From: Eledone cirrhosa
Lineage: Eukaryota
NCBI GenBank assembly: GCA_964016885.1
Contig: OZ024742.1
Span: forward strand, 316,262,001 to 316,326,000
DNA: 64,000 nucleotides
Direction of reading: 5' to 3'
In this document: piece after piece, positions 11,634 to 24,515 of the stretch
Layout of the letters: the number at the start of each line of letters is the position of its first letter
Position numbering within the stretch: position 1 is the first letter of the stretch
Notes under the pieces: model-generated
Told to the model about the DNA's origin: nothing
Database searches by the model: none
What the model saw: only the letters and a program-made list of their open reading frames with translations
Made by a program: the position numbers and the translations under genes

Positions 11634-11844
11634 ATACTGTATTGTTTATTATACATTAAATATTTAGCTCTGTAACTTACATAGAGCACTCTTCATTCCT
11701 CTGACTTTTTCAATTTTCAACGGAAACTTCAATACTTATATATATACACTAAATTGGGATAATACTTAAGTATATCCTAATGTTTGTTGAGTGAGATGGA
11801 GTTGGTCGGAGTATCGCTTAAGGCTTTCTCTGTTTATGTATTGA

Positions 11845-11895
<51 letters not shown>

Positions 11896-11949
11896 ATTTG
11901 TACTGCCTCTCTGTTTTTTGTTCTTGTCTAATATTTAACTATATATATA

Positions 11950-12913
11950 TATTTGTTGGGTGTTCCCTCCAAGACATGTTTAAAGCAGCGCGGAACATAC
12001 GTGTGTATGCCTCGTCTAGCTTTTTCTCCAGTTTCGACGTTAGCGTCCAAATGATAGAGCCATAAACAAGCACAGATCCACAGCAGCTCTGAAGAAATTC
12101 CTTTTCAGTTTGGCCGGCAGGTTTGATTTCCATATATTTTCCATTGCATTCAATGCTCCCCAGGCTTTTCCCAGTCTGATGTTAACATCATGTTCTGTGG
12201 AGGCGATATAGCTACCCAGGTATTTGAAGTCGTCAACTTGCTTGATTGTATCGCCGTTTAGACTTCGCATACCAACTGAGGAGTCTTGGTTCAGGCAAAT
12301 ATATTCTGTTTTGCCTGCGTTGACATAGAGTTCGTTTTCCTTTGCAACTGATTCGATGCTGTGAAGTAGTCATGTTGCATCCTTAAGGTAGTCAGCGAGG
12401 ACCGCTAAATCATCCGCATAGTCAGCATCGGTGATTTTCTGAGCTGCATGGCGTCTACACTTTCGCTTTGTGAGAGTGAAACCAAGCTCTAAGTTTTCGT
12501 CCAGGGCTTTTCTCAATACATAGTCGAGGCAGATGATAAAAATATATGGTGCAAGAGTATCCCCTGGAGCACTCCTGCAATGATGTCAAAGAAGTTGGTA
12601 TCTCCATCAGATGAGCCCAACAAATAAGGATCTCTATGGCAATATACCACCTATCAGCAGGTCAATACGTGGACAGAGACTCAGATTTGATGGCCACTGT
12701 TGGCGCAGCATGGAAGAAATAGCAGGTGATGTGTTGTTATGGAGTCCATCTCATGGAGCAAGAAACGGTGGTCGTCCCAAGAAGACATACGTCAAGCAAA
12801 TTGAGGACGATACTGGATGCACTGCGGAAGAACTGGCAAACGCTATGAGAGACAGAGATGGATGGAGGAAACGTGTCGTAGAAAGCCGAGCAAGCTCGAC
12901 CTGATGAGGATGA
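11950..12913. mobile_element. 5'-truncated RTE-clade LINE with internal inversion (RT on - 11950-12612, C-terminus on + 12615-12913)
   Basis: Minus strand encodes GVLQGDTLAP, DYADDL and FKYLGS. Plus strand encodes RLRFDGHCWR and MRDRDGWR, followed by a (GAT)-like tail. Confidence 0.9.
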
Positions 12914-12942
12914 TATATATATATGCACATATATATAATATT

Positions 12943-13087
12943 GAAATGGGTTCTACAGGACTAGAACTGATGATTTCCTCCAAATGAAACAGTTCTAGTC
13001 CTGTAGAAGCCGTTTCTATATTAAATATTTATACTCTGCTATGTATTGAGTATCTTAGTGTGGTTACCCCCGATTGAACCCGGGATA

Positions 13088-13090
<3 letters not shown>
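12943..13090 (+). mobile_element. Family A fragment with hammerhead core and fold-back 5' end
   Basis: CTGATGA 12967-73, GAAACAG 12986-92, CTGT-A 13001-05. The 5' strand of stem I is replaced by an inverted copy of the 3' side. Confidence 0.75.
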
Positions 13091-13146
<56 letters not shown>

Positions 13147-13879
13147 AATAGGGTTTATTGATAAACTTTCTCAATCACTGCAAACTAATGATAATAGGTT
13201 TGTTTGTGTGTATACATCTATATAAAAATGTTCTTGAAATTTATAAATAGGTGTGTATGTATACGCGATCACACATACTTGTGCACATGTGACCTTCATT
13301 GATTAACTTAAAATATAACTGCCCATATTGCACATCTGTCATGTATTTATGAATTTCTCATGACGTAAGCAATGCAGCATATAGGGAAAATATGTGTTCT
13401 TTGACAATTATTTAAACCATTACGAAATATAGGAAAAACGAAAATTGATTGAATAAAATAAAATGAATTTTGGTGCATCATCTTGTGAATTGAAATAAAA
13501 ATGATTTATTTAAAAGTGATTTGAAGGAGGAAGAAGAATAGAGAGAGGTGGGCGATATGTTTTCTGAGCTTCTCAATATACACTTATACACAGAGAGTTC
13601 TAATCTCGCTGAGTTAACAATTGCTTTTTTCCCACTTGGAAGCCCAAGTTACACATTACGTCGTATTCGCTTGACTACTACATATGGGTTGGGCTTGTCA
13701 AAAGAAACCATTGTCTTTATTTACACAGATATCAACCTATATGGCTATTATGTTGTCTTTCAAATGACTCACATATATTAGATTATATTATAAACACGGC
13801 TTTTTGCCGAAACTCTGCCCACATCATCAACAAAAATGTAAAACATCTAAAAACAATTTCCTTCGTAATTTGATTTCTC

Positions 13880-14560
13880 GCCAAGCTTTCGAGGAGTGGA
13901 GCTACATAATGCTGTTGCACAATACCAGCGGTCTTTAACACCCTCGATGTAAACGTTGAAAGTGACAAAATCCCATTTCTAATAATGTAAATGGGTTCAG
14001 TAGATCGCATGCTTCGTATGGCCTAACCATTGATGATGCAAGGAAAGAAATTGAACGTGAAAAAGGTTTTGGTGTATACAGAACAACTGCATAACCCACC
14101 AGAATATCAAATACACCCTTATTAGAGAGACAAAAACATGTCATATTTACTCATAACTATCATAAATGATATCCTTAATCCAATCCACATATTTGTCATT
14201 ATATCCTTTCAATGTTGATGACTCTTATGCAATGGTTCCCAACCTTTTGTGCAGCATGTCCCACCTCAACATCTAAAACATTGTTATCTCGCCCTTTGAC
14301 ATGAAAACAGCAATTATCAACTGTAAAGTGTAAACAAATTGGTGTATAAGTGGGGTCAAATGCACAATAACATATGGAGGATGTGAGACAGGAGTTTCTG
14401 ACAGTAATGTGCATTAAAATTGCCTTGGTGTAAAAGTAATAAAGTAAAACCTGAGGTTTGTTCTCATTAACATAATTTTCAAATGGCCCCTTAAATATTC
14501 AAAATTGCCCTCTGTAGGGTGTGCACTCCACGTTGGCATCAGTTTAGCCATCACTTACGC
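13880..14560. mobile_element. Possible decayed hAT/Charlie-type transposon remnants
   Basis: Minus translation ACDLLNPFTLLEMGFC resembles the hAT C-terminal LLPF-TTYLCE-GFS motif. TIR-like caatggttcccaacc at about 14230. Confidence 0.35.
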
Positions 14561-14879
14561 AACATTAAAAAATAAGCTCGGATACACTCTCGAAGTTTTC
14601 ATACTTGTTTTGTTTTTATTTATTATTTTCACATTGTTGCTTTTGTATTTGGAAGATTCCAAATACATGGCGAAGCATCCTAGCCGACTGCCCGAGTTTT
14701 CTTACCTTCAGCTGCCACTGTACTTAGTTTGAACTGGTGGTTGCATGGCTTCCGCAAGGAAAATGTCTGTTGCTTGTCCCGGTAGTATATATGGTGCTCT
14801 AGGCAGCCAAAGAGCGGGATAATATTGAAAGTTGATGAAATGAATATTTTGCAGTGCACATTTTCTGTAAAATATAAAC

Positions 14880-15236
14880 TAAGCATCAGTAATATACTTT
14901 AAAGTTGGGCCACTGCAAGAGTCTCAGCAGTGGTGAGGTTGAGTGTCCACATCTCACTTCCATATGTTATCACCGGCAGCACATATTCGTTCAAAATCTT
15001 TCCTTTGGTTTCGATTGTTAACTTGGGACTTCTAATGATGTTATACATTTTTCCAAAAGCCGCTCAACCAAGCGTAATCCTACTTTTAACCCCGGAAGTA
15101 GGGCACCATCTCTTGCACTCTTCTTTCCGAGGTACACATAATTGTCTACCTACTCTATGATCTTTCCATTTACTGGTGATAGTTTAGCGTGGTTGTTAAA
15201 CACGATCTTGGTTTTCCCAAGACGGATGTTAAGGCC
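14880..15236 (-). mobile_element. Decayed RTE-like LINE RT fragment
   Basis: Translates to GLNIRLGKTKIVFN, VDNYVYLG and LPVITYGSEMW, with stops. Confidence 0.7.
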
Positions 15237-15585
15237 TACTGGCTGGCGACACATAGATTCGACAGCAGACTGGCATGAAAGACATAATAGACGCCATCAA
15301 GACGGGCAAACATAAATAGGCTGGCCACGTCTCTCGTTTCAGAGACAACAGGTGGGCTATTGGAGAGATAGAGTGGACACCGAGACAGTGGAGAAGAACC
15401 AGAGGGTGGCGAAAGGCCAGATGGCGCGATGTTTTGACCCATTACTTCGGCACCACTTGGCCTGATATGGCGAGATATAGGAAGTGGTGGAGGTCAACTA
15501 GGGAGGTGTTCCTCCAACAGGAGTGAGGGAGCCTGGCTTTTTGATTTGGGAATATACTTTATCAAAATATGGTGAATGCTGCATA

Positions 15586-15645
<60 letters not shown>

Positions 15646-15689
15646 GAAATATAGAGAAAAAGATAGAGAATATATATATATAAGCAAAT

Positions 15690-16505
15690 GAATGAATGAA
15701 GGAGTTACAAGCCGTTGAAACAAGTTATTTATATAACTTTAGGAAAAAATGCCAGCTGTGCCTAATGGAAATATACTATATAGTAAGCTCACTCCATGAA
15801 CTCATTAATAGTCAAGCTGAAACGGTCATAAATTGCAACCAGAGACTACAGCTCTTGTTCTACAAGTGGTCTCTAGAACGCTAATACCATCCTATCCCCG
15901 CAGCTATCTACATCGCTCCACCATTTAGTCCACCTGCAAGTAGGCCTAAGTACAGTGTTTAATAACGCTATTAACCAGCCACCTGAATTTTACCTAAGCA
16001 CTGCCCATTACCTACTGAGTTAGGCTCGCCCTGCTAAACCATCCATTTAGCTGGGATATACTAAAACGTTTTAGGGTAATTTACTACCTAACACAGTGCA
16101 GTTGCCTCCCCTAGTGGATTATACCCCTTTCACCGGCGCCCTAATTATTATTTTTTTTGCCTACCATGCAGGGAGACCTTAACTTGAAGGAATGATTCTC
16201 AACGGTATTTATACCTATTCATGACATTATATAATCAATTATTTCTATGAGGAGCCCGTATGGGCGAAACATGTGTAAGATTTATATAAAGAACTTGTTT
16301 TAACGGCTTGTAACTCCTTCATTCGTTCATTTGTTTATTCCTGCTCTGCTTGAACAATACACTAAATATTAAATCTTCTCTAATATTTAACTCTGCTAAC
16401 CCAAGCATTGAGCACACTCCGCTTCCGCTATTGTCATTTAGTAATTTGTATCGCACCTCTCTGTACCTCTCTGCTTCCTCCTCTCCGACGATACTTATAC
16501 CCTAT
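15690..16505 (+). mobile_element. Penelope-like 3' remnant (GIY-YIG C-terminal Cys motif plus 3' UTR)
   Basis: KCQLCLMEIYYI...LINSQAE...C matches the C-terminus of the Penelope element at about 50050-50150. Confidence 0.7.
16241..16283 (+). ncRNA. Degenerate minimal hammerhead (C3 to A)
   Basis: aTGAGGA; stem II gccc-gtat-gggc; GAAAC-atgt-GTA with palindromic ACATGT; weak stem I tct/aga. Confidence 0.6.
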
Positions 16506-16537
<32 letters not shown>

Positions 16538-16573
16538 TATTGGAAAATGTGTGTAATCCTTGGTACAGTTAGG

Positions 16574-16842
16574 TATATTAAGATAGGGGGAAGAAAAAAT
16601 GGCTTCACTTGTGCTTTCAACAAACCACATACACATGAGTTTGACAAGCGCACCTCAGCGTGAAAGGTCTTTCTAAAAACGAAACAATACCTCCTACGTT
16701 AACCAAGAACTCCTAAGACCTAACCAACAACCAACAACTTAATTTATAAAATAATTATTTTTAAGAAAAATTCTTTTTGGATTTTGTGAAGAAAATAAAT
16801 TTGTTGAAAGCACAAGTGAAGCCATTTTTTCTTCCCCCTATC

Positions 16843-16850
<8 letters not shown>
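16574..16850. repeat. Inverted repeat with about 50-bp arms, in a (TA)n context
   Basis: tatattaagatagggggaagaaaaaatggcttcacttgtgctttcaacaaa at 16574-16624 and its reverse complement at about 16800-16850. Confidence 0.9.
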
Positions 16851-16935
<85 letters not shown>

Positions 16936-17461
16936 TGAGAGAGAAGGAGAGAGAGAGTGAGATACGTAAGTTCGCTGCAAACTGAGTACATGAATGTGTT
17001 TCCTAGTTTACAACGATTTTAGAAACTATCTGTAGATCGTAATTTCTCATTTAATAATGTATCTCTTTCCAAATAAAAGTAATAAAGATACGGTCTCGTT
17101 TCCATCAAATTCATCGCAGATCTAACTTTGTGCCTAGTGAAACTACATTTAGAAACTGTTACCGAACGCAACGCAGTATTCTAACTACATTGCCAACAAC
17201 TTAACTTTCATGCTAGTTAGAACGTCATGGAATAACATTGAGCTACTTAACAGTAAATTACGGAAGACAAGAACTATATTCTTTTACTATCACCCTTTTG
17301 TTCTTTACCAATAACCTTGCAAATAAATACCGATCATATCTGACATTTCTTTTCTTCTGATTTTATTTCTCATTTCTTAATACTTCATATACTTTTGGCT
17401 TATGTCCTCGTCTAATGCTCGCTCTTTTTCCTTTGCTTTCCAGCCCTCTCTTGTACACACG

Positions 17462-17509
<48 letters not shown>

Positions 17510-17530
17510 AGTAGGTACACGCATGCATTT

Positions 17531-17583
<53 letters not shown>

Positions 17584-17614
17584 AATATACATATATATAT
17601 ATATGTATATATAT

Positions 17615-17761
<147 letters not shown>

Positions 17762-17853
17762 ACGAAGGAAATGTGGTAAGGAACCAGGTGGACCATAACG
17801 CACCAAAGTACTCAATACTTGAGGTAGTAGAGTGGGTAATAGGAACCAGTAAG

Positions 17854-17947
17854 ACCCCGACAGCTGAGCTCAAGCCGTTTCGACGGCTAATTCTGGACTA
17901 AATGAAAATTTATCCTAGTATTTAAATAGCCGATCTTCTCAAGGGGT
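17854..17947 (-). ncRNA. Type I hammerhead, U3-A8 variant (left arm copy)
   Basis: Reverse complement of 19368-19461. Confidence 0.75.
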
Positions 17948-19367
17948 AATTCCATATATGGTCAAAGTGATTGTCAAAAATCAGTAGTAATTCTGTGGTT
18001 GCAAATTAGTAGGGGAGATGGTGGCTAAACCTGCCAGTAGGAGAAAGAGGGGAGGGGGTGGAGTAGCCCCAATCAAGCGTTTGTAGTGCCAGCTACAGCT
18101 GGGCATGAGGTCAAAGAAGATACAGGGGAGGGGGAGGGGGGGAAGTCGGAACGGTAGGTAGAACAATGGGGGGTAGAAATATATAGGAGAGAAAAAATAC
18201 TGAGAGTGAAGAAAAGCAAATAAGTGTAAAGAAAAACAAATGAGTGTAAAGAAAAAAGTAAAGAAAATTAAATTCTACGACCTAGGTCTCTAGCTATTGT
18301 TAGTCTAGAATAAATAAATAAATAAAGAAAGAAAGAAGTAAAGAAATAAATAAAGAAATAACGACATAAGTAAAAGAACTAGGTGGGACGAAATAGGCGA
18401 GGACCCTTTTAAGAGGTATAAGCACGTAAATGATACGGTGACGGGTCAACAAAAGGGGCCAAAAAACTAAAGAGACTACCACGAAATAAACAATAAAGGT
18501 TTCCATCCCGAGCACAATTCCAGCAACCACCGAGTGCAGCAAAGTGAACTAATACGAGATAATAATTCTGAGTCCCGGGAAAAATATATACTAATGCTAA
18601 CTCTAAAAGATCTAAAACAAGCTACATGAAAGTTCGTACGGAGTAAATGTTTCTACGTTTTCTTCCTTTACTCCGTACGAACTTTCATGTAGCTTGTTTT
18701 AGATCTTTTAGAGTTAGCATTAGTATATATTTTTCCCGGGACTCAGAATTATTATCTCGTATTAGTTCACTTTGCTGCACTGGGTGGTTGCTGGAATTGT
18801 GCTCGGGATGGAAACCTTTATTGTTTATTTCGTGGTAGTCTCTTTAGTTTTTTGGCCCCTTTTGTTGACCCGTCACCGTATCATTTACGTGCTTATACCT
18901 CTTAAAAGGGTCCTCGCCTATTTCGTCCCACCTAGTTCTTTTACTTATTTCGTTATTTCTTTATTTCTTTCTTTACTTCTTTCTTTCTTTATTTATTTAT
19001 TTATTCTAGACTAACAATAGCTAGAGACCTAGGTCGTAGAATTTAATTTACTTTACTTTTTTCTTTACACTCATTTGTTTTTCTTTACACTTATTTGCTT
19101 TTCTTCACTCTCAGTATTTTTTCTCTCCTATATATTTCTACCCCCCATTGTTCTACCTACCGTTCCGACTTCCTCCCCCTCCCCCTCCCCTGTATCTTCT
19201 TTGACCTCATGCCCAGCTGTAGCTGGCACTACAAACGCTTGATTGGGGCTACTCCACCCCCTCCCCTCTTTCTCCTACTGGCAGGTTTAGCCACCATCTC
19301 CCCTACTAATTTGCAACCACAGAATTACTACTGATTTTTGACAATCACTTTGACCATATATGGAATT

Positions 19368-19461
19368 ACCCCTTGAGAAGATCGGCTATTTAAATACTAG
19401 GATAAATTTTCATTTAGTCCAGAATTAGCCGTCGAAACGGCTTGAGCTCAGCTGTCGGGGT
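19368..19461 (+). ncRNA. Type I hammerhead, U3-A8 variant (right arm copy)
   Basis: Stem I acccc/ggggt; core TTGAGAA 19373-79; stem II ga(t)cggcta/tagccgtc with G10.1-C11.1; GAAAC 19434-38; stem III ACGGC/GCTGT; GTC 19454-56. Confidence 0.75.
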
Positions 19462-19471
19462 CTTACTGGTT

Positions 19472-19537
<66 letters not shown>

Positions 19538-21064
19538 CATATTTTATGTATGTATATATATATACATAATATATATATATATTAAATATATACACACTCA
19601 TAGACGTCTGCATGCATGCTTGTTTATGTAATGTAATTGTCTTCCACTAACCTTTCTAAGGTTATCTTTTATTTTTATTCTAAACAAACGTATTGTTTCC
19701 TTCAACATTAATACATTTGGATTCAGCTTGATATGTATTTGTGCTGTTATATTGTAACATTCTTTCGTTGGACATGTAAAACCTGCTCAAATGTTTATAC
19801 TAATATTATAATTCTTTCGAACATTGGCACAAAGCTAGAATTTTGGGGGATGAAAATCGATGTCGACCCCAGTACCTGAATGGTACTTTATTTTAACAAC
19901 CCCGGAAGGATGTAAAGTAAATTAGACATCAAATGGATTTAAACTTAAAACATAACCAGCCGGAATAAATACCACAAAGCATTTAGTCCGATTTTGTACA
20001 TTGGTTTGGACCACTGGTAATCCACAGTATGGATCTTTGTGCTAAAATACTTAGATAATTTGTTAATATTATGCACAATATGCGTCAACATACATACTTA
20101 TATTTTTATATTTCTATTTAGTCTAAAGTGTTTCATAAGACAAACAAAAACATCAACATACAAATTGTTAAAAAACACTGATCTACGTAATTACTTTTCA
20201 ATTGAGAACGGGCGAACCAGCTGTAGATTTCAATAGTATTAGTTGTTAAATGAACACAAGAGTAAATTACGTAATGTGTGTTTTAAAATAATTAAAGTGT
20301 ATACAACTAAGCAAAAACATGTTTCAGCATTCGACTTCAAAAGAATGTTTTACTAACACATATACAATAAAACATATTAGGTTAGGTTCTGTTCTAATTA
20401 TTTTATTTTACAACAGCATCAAATAAGCAGGTGTGAAGCCATCTATTCATGAAATACATCATTTATAACACCTGTTTGAAGTAATTTCATTTTATTTAAA
20501 TTAATGTGAATGGAAACTGTATGGACGTCATAATATCCCATTTCTAAAAAACGATATAAAGGTCAAATAACCCCATTTAATGATATCACTGATAATAAAT
20601 AACCAGATAGAAAACACAGGCATGCATTTGTTATTTATTATCATTTTTATTTTTATGTGCGTAATAAAGTGAGCATGTTTTTCATCAATTAATAAAAATC
20701 TAATCATGACAAAGTCATGAAAAGTTGTCATATTCAAACAAGATGTAAACAAAAGGAAAAGACGCCAGGAAAAATGATAACTCATTGATATGTTTGTAAT
20801 GAAACCCTGAAGAGAAATTGCTACCGCAACGTTGCTGTGAAACGAAATAATGTAATTCGTTAATGAGGTTGCGACGTGTAATGTATTTTCCATATGACAA
20901 CTGCAGGTGGGATGAAGTGGGTTCAGCTGGCAATCAGCGATGTGTCATGGACTGTATGCCCCGGACTTGGCACAGCAGGATTTGTCTTATACTGGCTTTA
21001 ATGAAGCAAGCCTGTCAATGACTTTTGGTCAATGACTATCACGTCCAATTTCCAGAAATAGATT

Positions 21065-21290
21065 GTGGACGCAGGCACAGCTGAGTGGTTAGAATTTCGC
21101 TGCACTCTCATGAAATCCCGAGTTTGTTCCTACAACATGGCATCTTCGGCAAGTGTCTTTACCATAGCATCGCATCAACGTAAGCCGTGTCAGTGACAAT
21201 GTGGTTTTGGCTTCACCTCTACTGTGTCACATTTTGGGTAGGTGTCTCGGGTTGACCAAAGTTTTGTGAGAGAATGGAAACTAGATGGGT
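21065..21290 (+). mobile_element. Decayed tRNA-derived SINE of a second family, with partial internal duplication
   Basis: Head agctgagtggtta, then atcttcggcaagtgtct and gttgaccaaagttttgtgag. Confidence 0.55.
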
Positions 21291-23363
21291 TGTACTTAAT
21301 TTGTCACTAGTTTTACCAACTGATCTTTGGGTGTCTTTGAGTTTATTCTGTTTTCAATAATGAGGCCAGGTATCCAATCTGAAGATAACGTCTTCCCTTC
21401 CACTACCTGTTTCTAAGAATCGCCTTAAATGGTCATAGATGGTGTCCTTGCTTCATCAAGTGAGATAAAAAGAAATGCATCATCCGAGGACAATGGGTTT
21501 AAAAACCGGGCCGCAACCTGTTTAAAATAGTAAAACAAAAATTACATAGAACATCAATTAACAGTATTCATTTACAGAGAATAAAAATAATGGAAAATAT
21601 ATATAAGATATAAACTAATTCATTTATCTGATTATTATCACACCATTTTCTGTTTTGAGTAACCTAATGGTTTCTAGACAAAAAGAAAAATATATGCTTT
21701 GTTGGTCTACCTTGTATTACATTTTTGTCGTCTAAAACAAAATAGCATTCCATTGAGAAACAAAGAAGAATCAAATATTTGATATGATAACGATGAGAGC
21801 TTTTCAGTATTACTATAATTAATACCAGCGGGTCCCGTGGATATTCAACATATTTTTTTTTAAATGTTCTTATATTTACTGGGTAGCGCACAAGTGGATT
21901 TGCTATTTAAAAATTTAATAACATATTTTTATTGATTATATGTTTTTAATCTTTCATTCAGATTTCGAAAATATGTTATGTGGAAATTTTCCATAATAAA
22001 TTACTAGATAGAATATTTTCAATATCTGAAATCAAAATCAAAAATAGATTATAAAAATGGTAAAACCATTGCATAAATTTATAGATTTTCATAGCATTGC
22101 TTCATTTTTAATATGGTTAAACTTGTTAAAAACGCAAAACTCGAACACAATGCAATAAGCAGAATGCTATTATAGATAATACCTAGCTTAATTATAATTA
22201 GTACTAGTGTAACTGGGGCATTAAAATAGATGGTATATGGAATTGATATAGTGATGAAATCTTGAACGATCGCTTGTAAAAATCATGCATAGTGTTGGAG
22301 TTTTAAAACTTTCCTATTATATATGCTTCATCGTTGGCCCTCATATTCATTGCAGCATGTTGTATGATATTGCGTAAATATTAATTCAAATTTGTGGTTC
22401 AGATATTTCAGTTCCATTTGAATAAAATGAAATTGTCAAGCTAATGCTGTTTTGAATTTGAATAAGGACGATTACATGGCTGGCTCATAATCCGTTGTTT
22501 CAGGTATTCTAAGAAACGTCGATGTTGAGGGATCTAAGATGACACATCGCTAGGTTTCATGCTACGTTAAATTCTTCACAAGAATGATGTTCAGTAGTCG
22601 TTTAAGAAAACGTCAAGTTTCTTTTATGCATTGGTTGTTGTCATGTCGATTTTACAACATGTTCACAGTATTTCGATAACAACAACTCATTATATTTCTA
22701 TTGCTTTTTATATGATTTCAATACTCTAAGTTCAGCAATAAAAATATCTTTTTTCTCGCTGTTCAGATATTGTTTTAAATTCCGTTTATGAATTTCAAAG
22801 TATTTTAATCAATATCTAGGAGACACACAATATATTCGCATATGCATACACATACACACGCACGCATGCACACACATGTACACAGACATATGCACAGACA
22901 CACACACAAACACATACAATAACCCAGATACACACACATAGACACATAGACAAACACACATGCCACCAAGCCCCCACTTCGAAATAACTTCTATTTTCAT
23001 AGTGCCGTATGTATGTTTTTTATTTATGAAGAGACTATCTCTTCATTTTCAGTTCCCCTTTCTCTAGAACAGTCTTTTTCCAGGTGGAACATGGGACTTC
23101 AGAAGGCGGCATATATATTAACTTTCTCTATTGGGCCCACAATCTTGCAAGAAAATAAAAGTCGGACAAAAATAGCTACGATAATCTGACCTAATGCTTT
23201 TTTTAATTATATTCGAAATCACACACTCACACACACACACAGACCCCCCCCACACACAGACCCCCCACACACAAACGCCCCCACCTCCACCCACACACAC
23301 ACGCACACACACACACACACAGGCGCGCGCGCACACACACACGCACACACACACACACACAGG

Positions 23364-23450
<87 letters not shown>

Positions 23451-23472
23451 ACACACACACACATATATATAT

Positions 23473-23637
23473 ATGTTGATTGCTACTTCTTATCAGAAGA
23501 GTGCCATCCCTTCATTGAACATTGCACGATCATGTGCATACAGGTGACTTTTCAGACCCACTTTTGTTTTGCAGATATGTTCACAGATGTGACATTTGAA
23601 CTATCTGTCTCCCGATAAAACAGACTGGGTTGTGTAT
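23473..23637 (-). mobile_element. 3' tip of an RTE-type LINE with terminal C2H2 motif
   Basis: Translates to FKCHICEHICKTKVGLKSHLYAH...*, flanked by (TA)n. Confidence 0.65.
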
Positions 23638-23939
23638 TAATATATATATATATATATATATATATACAAATATAATTTCAGCGAGATCGAATTTCGGCTG
23701 TGGTCGAAAACAAAGCGAAACGCAATATCCGAGTTATGTTGGCAAGCGCTCCATGGACCAAATAAAGACCAGAGCAATAAACATAGGTTATAAAGGCCAA
23801 ACAAACTGAGATGGCGGTCAAGAAGCCATCAACCACCTAAGCCCCAAAAAGACGAGGCAAGCCAAACAGGTCAAACACGATAATTGAATATTTACCCGGA
23901 CCCTCGAAAAAGATGGTATAATCCATATATATATATATA

Positions 23940-24164
23940 TAGTATAAAAAAAACGAAAAATCAGTGATGCATCTGGACTCAGTTTATTGCGTGTTATAAT
24001 TGTTTCGCCGACAGGTAGCTCGAGACATGATCACTGTATGGATCTGGCTGATTCTACGGCTGCAGGTTCCTTCGGACACCGGCAGTTCGTTCGGAGCGAA
24101 TTTTCTGTAATACGCAATAAACTGAGTCCAGATGCATCACTGATTTTTCGTTTTTTTATACTAT
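23940..24164. repeat. Inverted repeat with about 57-bp arms between (TA)n tracts
   Basis: 23940-23996 is the reverse complement of 24108-24164. Confidence 0.9.
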
Positions 24165-24245
24165 CCACACTCTGCTCTGTATGAATATTGAGTGCTAATT
24201 TTGGCATACCGCCTATGGAAGCACCATAGCTACCATTATACACAC

Positions 24246-24302
<57 letters not shown>

Positions 24303-24443
24303 AGAATATTTTCGAAACAGCGAGTGGGTTTGAAATTATTAGAAATGTAAGCTATCGCTGTATTTTGACTAAAGAAATTAAAGAAATTATTTAGCCTGAT
24401 AGTGGGGTTAAGAACCCTCGGAGAAATGGAAAAATATGAGTAT

Positions 24444-24515
24444 CGACGTACATGGGAGTCGAACCCACGTCTTTGGTTATCCGGACCACTGTGCTACCAT
24501 TTACACCAACACATC
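24444..24515 (-). pseudogene. tRNA-like cloverleaf (pseudo-tRNA or SINE head), anticodon position GGA
   Basis: Acceptor gatgtg/tacgtc; D stem gtgt/gcac; anticodon stem tggt/acca with loop ccggata; T arm gtggg-ttcgact-cccat. Confidence 0.65.

Larger units (their letters stand above)
17839..19476. repeat. 1.64-kb near-perfect palindrome (arms 17839-18647 and 18667-19476; 19-nt spacer)
   Basis: Mirror-image ORFs in the track (18300-18542 vs 18772-19014). Only a handful of arm mismatches. (TA)n on both sides. Confidence 0.97.

Noticed and set aside
12901-12913. CTGATGA as a ribozyme core
   Set aside because: It is the RTE stop codon plus (GAT)n tail, with no flanking stems.
23678-23838. Hammerhead on the minus strand (ttgatgg...GAAATTCGATC)
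   Set aside because: Core degenerate and stem I mostly GU pairs; not supportable.
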